A model generated the notes under the pieces. The model saw nothing but the letters and a program-made list of their open reading frames with translations, had not been told where the DNA came from and did not search any database. A program made the translations under genes and the position numbers. Positions 12,701 to 24,700 of a stretch of 64,000 nt of DNA are shown piece after piece (within the stretch, counting starts at the first letter, position 1; each line of letters begins with the position of its first letter). This DNA is from Hemiscyllium ocellatum (taxonomy: Eukaryota): contig NC_083409.1 of the NCBI RefSeq assembly GCF_020745735.1, positions 13,775,279-13,839,278 on the forward strand, written 5' to 3'.

Positions 12701-15700
12701 ATGTCAATGACACCGTGAAAACGTTAGCTTCTTTAAACGGCAGTTTTTGCTTCAGATTGTCCCCATCTGAGGAACACAGCGCAGAACTGCCTCTGATGCC
12801 ATATTTGCGATTTCTTTGATAGAACCCACACAGAGAGAGTAGAACCATGAGGGTAAGGAGTATCCACTTGACCAATAAAGATCATGGCAATAAAAATAGA
12901 CTGCAGCTTTTTTTGAATTGTTCCTCAGTTGAGGACCATGCTAGCAAGCAATGGCCTACCACGAGATCACCAGAATTGTGGAATGCATATTCACAACTTG
13001 TCATTGGGATATAGGAACAAGAGTAGAACAATCAGCCTCTTCATTCTCTTATCCAACTGAGTTTAAATTTGTTTTTGCCGAAAAGCCCTTTCGCTTTTCA
13101 TCAGCCTTATCCCTCAAAACACATGCAAAATAAAAGTATCATCTCATCACAGCAATTTGCTGGAAAAAAGCATTTAAAATAATAAAGTATCTCAAAATAT
13201 TTCAAAAAAGCATCAAATGGAAAAGTTTATGTCATGCAAGATATTCAAAATTTTGGTGAAGTTGGATTTTAAGGAGTGTTTAAAGGAGGAAATGGAGCTG
13301 AGAGATGAACAGGTCTAGGAAAGCATTATGATGGAATATTTCCCACTGACCTGGAGGAGTGCAGTTCTCGTGATACTCAGGAAGCTCAACATCATCCATT
13401 ACAAAACATCAGCATGATTTGAATCATGTCCACCCCCTTAAGTGCCTATTCCCTCTGTCATCAGTATGCGGTAGCAACAAGGTGCACCATCTACAAGATG
13501 CTCTGCAATACCTCACTGAAGGCTCCTTTGACAGATCTGGACTCATGACCTATCTGTCTGGAAGAACAGGGCAGCAAATATAGAACATAGAACATAGAAA
13601 AGTACAGCAGAGAACAGGCCCTTTTGCCCAAGATGTTGTGCAGAGATTGAATCCTAATGTAAAATACAGTAACTTAACCTGCGCACCCCCTCAACTCACT
13701 GCTATCCATGTGCATGGCCAGCAGTCGCTTAAGTATCCCCAATGACTCTGCTTCCACCACCACAGCTGGCAAGCATTCCATGCATTTAAAACTCTCTGCG
13801 TAAAGAACCTACCTCTGACATTTCCTTTGTACTTTCCTCCTAATATCTTCAAACTATGGCTTCTCGCACCAGTCAATCCTGCCCTGGGGAAAAGTCTCTG
13901 GCTATTGACTCTATCTACTCCTCTCTTTATGCCTCGATCAGGTATTCTCTCTTCGTCCTTCTCTCCAGAGAGAAGCATACAAGCTTATTCAAGCTTTCTT
14001 CATAAAGCAAGGCCTCCATTCCAGTGCCTGGGAATGCCGCATATAGTTATGACATTGAATTATGTTGCTCTTCCTTTGCTGCCTACAATGGTCTGACATA
14101 CATTGGGAGTATCTTGCAGCCACATGGGTTGCCGTGGTTTAAGAAGATCACTAACTTTCACCTTTTAATGCCAGTTATGGTTGGACAGTCAGTGTCAGGG
14201 ATATCTACATCCTGAGAATGAATTAAATAATTAATTCCTGATTTTTCAGTTCTGCATGGTCTGGTTTTTAGTTTTAAGGTTGAATACATCTCCCCATCAT
14301 GGAAACAATCTCGCAATACCATGACCAGGTTAAATTAAAAAAAAACCAAAGAACTGCAAATACTGGAAATCAAAAAAAACAAAATCACACTATGACTAGG
14401 TTACTGTGCTTATATGTGACGTTGGAGGAGAGGGAAAGGCTTAAAAGCTTGATTGTAAAACAGAAGCCGTGTCAGTGAGCTAAAGTTGCATGATGAAACA
14501 TGTGAGCAGTGTGCTTACTGGATCATAAGTCAATTTCACATTGCATTTTAATAGTGCTTTGTCTCTTGATTAAAGTATCTGAATTATCAATTGCTGGACG
14601 TGAAAACCTCTCTTTGTGTTCTCAGGCATGTGCAGAAAGTCTGCAGCAGTTTGTACAGGTTCGCCAAGAGATGCTGCAAGAGTCCACAACTAAATTGATC
14701 ACTCAGCAGGTGGAACTTGCAAGGCTGATGGCTGATACAGCACGTCAGGTCACAGAGGTACTTTCTTCTAGTGTACTTGGCAAGATGGCCCTTTCCCCCA
14801 GTCATGCTGAAGAGCCAGTACTTTCTGGAGTTTGGAAGGAATTTCTCTCATACAATTGCTGCATTGAGTTAATTGTCACTGCAGTTTGAAATTATTTCAT
14901 TCCTCGAATGTAGTAAACTGTCAAGGAAGAGCAGGGCAAAGCTTAACAGCATACCATATGATATTAAGAAAGATGACCAAATGCTTGGTCAAAGAAATAG
15001 GTGAGATAGAATGTTGGAAAGGAAGAAAATGTTACTATTTGAGCTGCGTTAGGACAGAGTTGCATAGCTGATGACCATGCAGCTGAAAGCTTCAGTGCTG
15101 AGCTGGGGTGGTGAAAATGAAAATGCTAAAATGGGGAACATAGACACTTCAAAAATTTCGAGGATTGAAGGAAATTGCAGAGATAGAAAGGAAAAATATG
15201 TCCGGAAGGACAGGACTTCTTATACTGAAGCTGTTGGCAAGTCATGAATCAGCAAGTACAAGGATCGTGGGTAAAAGGGGCTTGGAAAGAGGGTGCAGTA
15301 AGTGGAGCTTTTGAATATGTTGAAGTTGATGAAAGTTCAGTCAAGAGAACATTGGGATAGTCATGTCTGGAAGTGAACAAATAAGTAAACAGCTGAGGGT
15401 GCAATTTTGGGTCATGTGATGGAAGAGTTTACTGAAGGTAAGAATTCCCGTTAGATGAGCTCTGTAGTAGGTTTCCTTTATTCATGGAGGGAATTGCCTT
15501 CGTATTCATGACTGCATAGCTGTGATTGATTGGTTAATGCCATCGGAATCAACACATAAACACCCCATTTTCACTCCTTTTCACAACGTCTGAGATCTTT
15601 TAACACATTGTCTCATGCTCCCCTTTGGAGAAAAGAAAGCATGAAATGGAGCCTCAAGGAATCGGAGCAGGAGTAGGGATTCGTTCCCTTGAGCTTGCTC

Positions 15701-18700
15701 CCCCATTCTATCAGATCATGGCTGGGCCAACCCAGGCCTCAACTTGTCTTTTATGCTTGATCCTCATAGCCCTCAACTGCTTAATATTTCAAAATTCTAT
15801 CTACCCTCTTTTAAAATAATTTGATATAGCATCATAGCATCATTGCTTCAGCTGAGCAATTCCACACCCACCCTCCGAAGAGTAACCCACCAGACCCATT
15901 CCCCTACCCCATTTAGCTGTCACAATTTTTTGGGCAAGAGAATCCCAGCCATTCACTGAAAGAGAAAAAAATCTTTATTTTTTAAAAAACGAATGTTCCC
16001 TTCTGTAATGTCCCCTGGGTTGAGACTTCACTGGTACTCGAACATCTAGTCAACACCAACCCCTGTCAAGCTCCTCAGAACATTGTTTCCATAAGATCAC
16101 CCGTTATTTGTCCAGACTCTATTGAATAATGACCTAACCTATTCTTGACAGACCAACCTTTTCATCCACGAAGCAACTAAATGAATCTTTTTTTGAGTGG
16201 CCTCCAATGCTAGTTTATCCTTTCTTAAATATGAGAGCAAACATTGTATACAGTACTCCAAGTGAGGTCTCAGCAACAGCCATTGTGGTTAACCAATCCT
16301 CAGTCCATGCTAATACATGACCCCCGATGTCGTGAGCTCCTATCTTGTGCAATTAACTTTTATGTAGCACCTTATCAAATGCATTTTTAAAATCCAAATA
16401 CAGAACATCATCAGATTCTCCTTTATCTGCCCTACTTCTTATCTCCTTAATGAACTCTAGCAAATTTGTCAAATATAGTTCCCTTTCACAAAATCCAGTC
16501 TACCATGTTTAATGATAAGCTTTTCCAAATGTCCTGCTATTTCTTCCTTTAATAATCAACTCTGCTGTTCTGCCAAAACAGATATTAAACTAACTTTCCT
16601 GATTTCTGTCTCCCTCCTTTCTTGAACAGGCGCATCAATCCACTGGAAGCTCCCTGTATCCACTGATTCGGGAATAATTCAATTGATGCCTTGAATATCT
16701 CTGCAGCCAGTTGCCTTAACAAAATGTTTGATACAGGCCATTAGGTCCTGTCTGCCTTTAATCCTATTAGTTTGTCATTACTTTGTCCTTTGTGACAAAG
16801 ACTGTTGTAGCATTTGTCCTCCCACGAATACCTTGCTTTTTGCTATCTTTGGGATGATAACGGTATTCTCCTCCATGAAGAGCAATGTAAAATATTGGTT
16901 TAAATTATCTGCTGTTTTCCCTGTATACGTTATCAATTCCCGAATCAGAACCTCCAAGGGTTCGATGCTCACATTAGCTACTCACTTTTTACATACCTGG
17001 AGAAACTTTTGCCATTCATTTTTGTATCTTGTCAGTTTAATTTCATGATCAATTTTTTTTTCCTTTTTCGTCCGCCGCTGCTGTGTCGTTCTTTTCCTTG
17101 TGGGTACTGTCCTTGACTGCCTTTGTTACCCACGGGTGGTTCACCTTTCTCTTAGAGTTCTCCTTTTTGCCTCAAATAAGATTTTGCTCAGCATTATGAA
17201 AAAAGCCCATCATATCCCAATGACGGAGCATGTGAATTTTTTAACACTGGATGCTTCAATTTTAATGATGTTCTCATTGGTTTTTGCTGTTTCACAGAAG
17301 AGCTGGGAGCATCTGGAAAGGAGGTGGCAGCTGATTCAGGATTAGTTCCAGAATTAATTTGAATACTTGCAAAAATAAATTACTTGCAATATTGTGAGAG
17401 CAGGGGTCTAGCCAAATAGCTATTCCAAAGAGGCGGCACACATGCGATGGGTTGAGTAGGGGCCTCTGATTTCAAAAGCAAGATGTGATCCAAGTTGTCT
17501 TCTAACCTGTGCTGTGCTAATTCTTGCTGGTTTAGATGACTGAGTTGGCATGTGCGCAGGTTGCAGCAGGATCTCTGACTGCCACAAACCCACCTCATGG
17601 AACAGCTCCTGTGCCAGTGACAGTGCTGCTGGACCAACAGAGGCAGCAACATTCAGACTTCATGAACCAACTTCGAACCAGAACTGAACCTGACAGGTAA
17701 GATTTTTACACTGTCCCAAACCTGATCAATAATATTAAGCTTCTTGGCTTAATAACCTAAGGCTTGTTGCTTGATGCGATGCACTGTTTTGGATGTTTTC
17801 GCTATTATCTGTGATCAGGAGAGGCAGGATCAATGCACTCAGTCTTTTAGGAAAAAGGAGGTGGCTCAGTGTTTAACACTGCTGCCTCACAGCGCCATGC
17901 ACCCAGGTGACTCCAGCCTCAGATGACTGTCCGTGTGGAGTTTGCACATTCTCCCGGATCTGCATGGGTTTCCTCTGAGTGCTCCGATTTTCTCCCACAA
18001 TCCAAAGATGTGCAGGTGAGGTGAATTGGCCGTGCTAAATTGCCAATAGTGTTCAGGGATGTGCAGGTTTGGTGCATTAGTCAGGGGTAAATGTTGAGTA
18101 ATAGTGTTAAGGGATAGGCTTGGTTGGGATACTCTTCAGAGGGTTGATGTGGATTTGTTGGGCCGAAGGGCCTGTTGTTGTGGTTCTGTTCGCCGAACTG
18201 GAAGTTTTTGCTGCAAACGTTTCGTTCCCTGGCTAGGGAACATCATCAGTGCTATTGGAGCCTCCTGTGAAGCGCTGCTTTGATGTTTCTTCCGGTATTT
18301 ATAGTGGTTTGTTCTTGCCGCTTCCGGGTGTCAGTTTCAGCTGTAGTAGTTTGTATGTGGGGTCGTGGTTGATGTGTCTGTTGATGGATCTTTTTGCCGT
18401 TTCCGGGTGTCAGTTTCAGCTGTAGTGGTTTGTATATGGGGTCCAAGTCTATGTGTCTGTTAATGGAGTTTGTGGATGAATGCCATGCCTCTAGGAATTC
18501 CCTGGCTGTTCTCTGTCTGGCTTGTCCTATGATGGTAGTGTTTTCCCAGTCAAATTCATGTTCCTGGTTGTCTGAGTGTATGGCTACTAGGGATAGCTGG
18601 TCGTGTCGTTTTGTGGCTAGCTGATGTTCATGGATGCGGATTGTTAGCTGTCTTCCTGTTTGTCCTATATAGTCTTTTGTGCAGTCCTTGCATGGTATTT

Positions 18701-21700
18701 TGTAAACTACGTTAGTTTGGCTCATGCTGGCTATTGGGTCCTTCGTTCTAGTGAGTTGTTGTCTGAGTGTGGAAGTTGGCTTGTGTGCTGTTATGAGTCC
18801 TAAGGGTCGCAGTAGTCTGGCTGTCAGTTCTGAGACGCTCCTGACGTATGGTAGTGTGGCTAGTCCTTTTGATTGTGGCATGTCCTCATTCCGTGGTCTA
18901 TCTCTTAGGCATCTGGTGATAAAGTTGCGTGGGTATCCGTTTTTGGCGAATACCTTGTATAGGTGTTCCTCTTCCTCTTTTCGCAGTTCTGGTGTACTGC
19001 AGTGTGTTGTGGCTCTTTTGAATAGTGTCCTGGTGCAGCTCCGTTTGTGTGTGTTGGGGTGGTTACTTTCATAGTTTAGGACTTGGTCTGTGTGTGTTGG
19101 TTTCCTGTGTACCCTTGTGGTGAATTCTCCGTTGGTTATGCAAAGGTTAGAACGTACATCCCTACCACAAATCCAACCCAAACTCTGGATCAGATACGTC
19201 AATGACACATTTGTAATCATCAAAAACACAGAAATAGAAAAAACACACCGAATCATCAATGCCACACTCACAGGAATACGATTCACGAGAAAAGAGGAAA
19301 AGGATAGCCAACTCCCATTCCTAGACGTGTTAGTAGAGAGAACGCCCCACATACAAACTACTACAGCTGAAACTGACACCCGGAAGCGGCAAGAACAAAC
19401 CACTATAAATACCGGAAGAAACATCAAAGCAGCGCTTCACAGGAGGCTCCAATAGCACTGATGATGTTCCCTAGCAAGGGAACGAAACGTTTGCAGCAAA
19501 AACTTCCAGCTCGGCGAACAGAACCACAACAACGGACACCTGAGCTACAAATCTTCAACCAGACTTCGAAGGGCCTGTTTCCACACTGTAGGAATTCTAT
19601 TCTATTCTATGGTCAGAGTAATTTTGGGGGTCTAACAGAATCCTGTTATTCAGAAGGCACTCTGTTAGTTAAAATAGTATTGTGCACTCTTACCTTCTGC
19701 AGCAATTTGAGGTAGACTGCTCTGTACAGTTTCTTCAAACATTTTGTTCTTGAACCAGTCAGGGACTTGGTAATATGATTGATTAATGAGTTCAAAATTA
19801 AAGACCCTTTTGGTAAGATTCAATGCAGCATAATAGAATTTAGCTTTAGGTGAAGGAATTTGGTTCTTGAACTAGTGTCTAAAGTTAAAGGCAGTCACAA
19901 GGGTATAAAGTAATAGTGAGCTAAATGGGAATGGGACGAGAGGTTAGAATGTTAAAGCAGAAGAACCTATTCAGTTATTTCATAATTCTCAACAATGTAC
20001 ATTTATTTATAAAAGAAATGTACAATGAAAAGGTGCCAACAGCGGGGCATAGCTAAAGGAATTGTGGGTGACATCAAATTGAAAGAAAAGATATACAAAA
20101 CTGCAAAGGTGGTGGTAGGCCAGAAAATTTGAGAATTTCAAACTATCGAAGGATGAGCAAAAAACTGCTGGAAGATACTTTGTCCCTTGTGATAGAGACT
20201 GTTATAACATCTTACCTCCCATTATATACCTTGCTTTTTTCCCACCTTTGGGATGGTAACAGTATCTTCCAGATTAGTAAGATAATTGGGCAAATTATCC
20301 CACAAGTTACTCAGTCTAAAACAAAGTGCTCTTGTGATGCTGTGGTCATGTCTCCAACTTTGAGCCAGAGGCCTGGATAAATCCTACCGGCTCCAGAAGT
20401 GTTGATTCGGAAAGAAACATGAGACAAACTTCAGTAATTGAATGTACAATCTTGATGGTCTCTGGAAATTCCAAACTTGACTATTTTGTATCCTGACCTG
20501 AGGCCTGATCTCAATTAACCCATCTCATTTGAACTGAATTGCCTTTGCTTGTGTTGAATATAATTGAAGTTTGTCCTGTCTGCACGCTCCCTTGTGCAAA
20601 ACCTGTTGCAACCTGTCAAAGAACAAGATTGTAAAGTCAGATTAGCTGATAGTCTGTTCAAGGGACAGTAGGTGTTGCAGTATTGATCCCATTTTCCATT
20701 GAACTGAGACAGGAGATGATGAGCTTGCTGAGATGTCCATCACTGAAACAATTGTTTCAATTAAAAAAGAAACTGCTTTGGCTGTGGTGGAATTGAATCC
20801 AGAGACTTAGCTAGAAGTAGCTGATCGTTGTTTCTTTCTTTGTTTCATCGTAGAAAGAACGAGTGCAGCCCAACACCAGGTGGATCTGCAGAGAAACTGC
20901 CAGACACTAAAATGCGTAACTCCACTTTATTAGACAGTCTGACTGAGTCATCCAGACTCAAATATCATGATCGGAGGTGGGCTATTTATGTTCGCTGTGG
21001 ATGCTTTTACATAGTACAATATTAATCCAAAACATATCTCTTGAGTACTGAAAACAACAAATACTGGAGATCACAGTGGGGAGGTGATGGCCCAGTGGTA
21101 TTATTGCTGGACTGTTAATCCAGAGATCCAGATAACATCCCGGAGAACTGGGTCCGATTTGAATTCAATAAATATCTGGAATTAAGAATCAAATGACTAT
21201 GAATCCTTGGTCGATTGTTGGGAAAAACCCATCTGGTTCACTAAAATCATTTAGGTAGGAAACTACCATCCTTGCCTAGTTTGGCCTACTCCAGACACAC
21301 AGCAATGAGGTTGACTCTGAACTGCCCTGTGGGCAGTTAGGGATGGGCAATAAATGCTGCCTAGTCAGTGACACCCTCATCCCATAAACATATTATTTTT
21401 AAAAATCCATGGAGAGAGCAAGCTCACATTTGGAGTCGAGATGACTCCTCATCAGAGCTCTGATAGAGTCATCTCGACTCAATGTTAGCTTGCTCAGTCT
21501 CCATGGATGCTGCCTCATCTGCTGTGAGCTCCAGCATTTGTTGTTTTCAGTACAGATTCCATCATCTGCAGTAATTTCCTTATATATTTCTTCTGTATTT
21601 TGTTTATTAAATGCCCACTAAATTGCAACTCCGACTCAACACCTTCCCAACAGAGTACTGTGGTCCTGGTGCCAAAAACCTCCATTGACTTGTTCAATTA

Positions 21701-24700
21701 CACCATACGTTGGGGAAATTGCAAAATGCCACTGTGGCTGAAAGGAATGGAATCAGAGTCATACGACATGGAAACGGACCCTTCGGTCCAACTCGTCCAT
21801 GCCAACCAAATTTCCCAAACTAAACTAGTCCAATTAGCCTGCATTTGACCCATATTCCTCAACCTTTCCTATTCGTGTCCCTCTCCAAATGCCTTTTGAA
21901 TATTGTAACTGTACTTGCATCTCCCACTTCCGCTGGCCGTTCATTCTATGTCCGACTCAACCTCTTTGTGAAAAAGTTGGCAACTGATGGTTTCACTGTT
22001 GCCTGCGGTGAGTGAATCGCTGGGGATTATTGTTCATTCAGGACCACCCCTTGCTGAGCATGGCTCAGGGCCTCAAGAGATTCCTAAATGTGGCTTCGGC
22101 CTCCTTGTGGGTTACCACATGCTACTCAAGGCCTTGTGTTTGAGAAGCGCAGGGATATATGGATGGGGGTGCTGTGGAAGGAAGGAGTCAACGTTAATTA
22201 ATGAATTAATTTATGGAATGTGGATGTCACTGGCTGTGCGAACATTTATTGTCTAATTCTAATGCCCTTGAGAAGGTGGCTGTGAGCTCCCTTTTTGAAT
22301 CACTGCAGTCCATGTAGGCCGACTGGTCGTGCTGTTGGGAGGGAGTTCCAGAATTTTGGCCCAATGACACTTAAGGACAGCTGAAAGATTTACAACTCAA
22401 GATGGTAGTAGCTTGGAAGGGAACCTGTAGGTGGCGGTGTTCCCATGAATCTGCTTCCCTTGACTTCGAGATGGTACTGTCATGGGTTTGTAAGATCCAT
22501 ATTGAAGTGTTATGAATTTCTGCAGTGTATCTTGTTGATAGTACACACTGCTGCCCTGGGCATTAGTGGTGGAGGGAGTGAATGCAGTCTGCTTTTTCCA
22601 GCTGACGTCAAGCTTCTTGAGTGTTCTTGGAGCTGCACCCAAACCAAGCCAAGTGGCGAATAGTCTATTGCACTTCTGACTTGAGGATTGTAGATGGTGG
22701 ACAGGCTTCAGGGATTCGGGAGGTGGTTTATTTTTGCAGGATTCATTGCCTCTGACCTTCTCTTGTAGCCACAGTAGTCAGATGGCAAGTCCAGTTCAAT
22801 TTCTAGTCAATAGTAACCCCCCAGAATGTTGATGGTGAGGAATTTGGTGATAAAAATGAGTCACTAGCAGTAAATGATACCGGTTCATCAGGTTACAAAG
22901 AAAAGTTGAGCATGGGTTTATTTCTGGGGCTACAGAATGGAGATGTGTTAGATATGTGTAGAACCATGAACAGATCACCCTTGGAGCACTGCAAACAGTT
23001 CTGATCCATTGTAATATGGATGTAGAGGCAGTAGGGAATATATTAAAATATTTACTGGAATTATATCAAAACTGAATTTGAATCCATCAAGCAAGATTGG
23101 ACAGTCTTGTCTTGTTGAAAAAGAGTATCATGGTCGAGGCCATTAAAGTTATGTCGGGGTTTGATAGGGTTGACATAGAAAAGATATTTCTGCTTGTGAA
23201 TGACACTATCCACTGGAGCTGTGGATACAATTGTAGTCACTATTACATCCAACAGGGAATTTGCTGGGGAGGAGGTGGGGGCTGGTGGGGAAGGTCTTTA
23301 CCCAGAAAGAGGTTTGAGGTCAAAATTAAACCACCAGGAATAATTGAAGCAAACAACAGATGAATTCAAGAAGAAGCTGGGAATACAAGTGATCAAAAAA
23401 AAAATATGTTGATGGGTTTCGGTGGAGAGATACAGAAGGAGGCCTATGTAAATCTCAAATACCGAGACTCTGTTTTTGCGTTCTAAATCTGTGCATGTGT
23501 GTTGATCTGTGACATTTCTATGGCAGCAGTGGCAGCAGTAAACACGACAGCCCATCCGTACCATTCTTGGAGAAAAGCAGAACCTCCCACCATACAAAGG
23601 GAAACAGCTCTATTGAAGAGGTGGTTCAAACAACAGCTGACAACTCGATCCACAGTGACAGTCTGCCTTCATTACCTGGTGAGAAAGGCGAGTTCTTTAA
23701 CCAGAAATGGTGTTTTGTCCTTTCACTGATCTCATGACTTAAATGGGGATTTGTGTCTCTTCAATTAGATGATTCAAATCAACTGTCATGTAAGCACTCC
23801 TTCTATACCCAAAGGATATGTGGGTCAAATAGTAACAAGTTGAGTAACAATTTATTTCAAGATTCCTTTATTCAGTCATGTGCTCAAGCTATTCAATCCA
23901 ACTTCCTTGTGTTCCCCTTGGATCTGTGGTTGTGCAGATGGAAACTTCCACATGTCCCCTTAAACAATGTGTGATTCAACATAACAGTTGTGTTGAATCA
24001 ATAATTGTAACCCAACTCTGCTCCTTGGGCAGAAAACTAATCCAAGGATCCTAGCTCAGCCTTTAACTTCATGTTCAAGTTCTAAATCTTTCAGTGAACA
24101 ATGGAAAATAACAAAGAACAATATAAATCATTTATTGTCTCTCCAGACTCTGCTTCTGTTGCCACTGAGTTCGATGAGTCAATGACTGAGGATGAAATTG
24201 AAGAGCAATCCTTTTATCCCCTTCTGCCATCAAAGAGCCATTGCTGCTTTAACATGGGGAAGAAACACAGGCAGCAGGATGATTCCGATGAGGACATTCT
24301 GCAGGATCAATCGGCTTCAATAGCTGTCAAAGTGAGTTCTCCCATGGGTTAGCCAAGGGTGAGTGATGGTGCCAGTTTGTGGGATCTCAGTGCTTGGCAT
24401 AGTTGCTCCTCTCCATGTTCTAGGTATCTTGCTATGAGACTCAGATGTAGAGGATGAGGAGCAGATGGGTCAATGAGTATAAGGGAAGTGTTGGGCAGGG
24501 GCTGTTTTTTACAAATGATAATTACCACTCACTAACAATGTGCCCAGAGTTTATAAATATTGAAGAGGAATTAATCTTTTACATTGTTAATCTTTGTGAT
24601 CGAGTTACCATGCAGTGAAGACAAAGATTAATATTTACTGGGATTCCTTGCTCACCTCGTCCGGTAAACACAAGCTAAATTTGACTGCTAAAAATGTCCC

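Larger units (their letters stand above)
18177..19566 (-). mobile_element. Penelope-like element, 5'-truncated with internal inversion and inverted pLTRs
   Basis: Minus strand encodes RT thumb and GIY-YIG (NVVYKIPCKDCTKDYIGQTGR..RIHEH..AREFLEAW); plus strand 19136-19346 encodes RT core (WIRYVNDTF..LPFLDVLVERTP); inverted pLTR copies at both ends; 13-bp TSD cgaagggcctgtt (18164-18176, 19567-19579). Confidence 0.93.
17858..19610 (+). mobile_element. HE1-like V-SINE, interrupted by the Penelope insertion (17858-18176 and 19567-19610)
   Basis: tRNA-like head gtggctcagtg..cactgctgcctcacagcgcc; V-domain gtgtggagtttgcacattctcc..ctcccacaatccaaagatgtgcagg; CR1-type tail cgaagggcctgtttccacactgtagg(attct)n. 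Confidence 0.85.

Noticed and set aside
12599-12875. Exon-like plus-strand segment, and a minus-strand ORF with a signal-peptide-like start (MVKWILLTL..)
   Set aside because: The plus frame has three stops in ~85 codons (chance level); the minus ORF starts at TTG, not ATG
17858-17930. tRNA genes at SINE heads (also 8410, 21079, 32797)
   Set aside because: tRNA-derived SINE promoters that continue into SINE bodies, not complete cloverleaves
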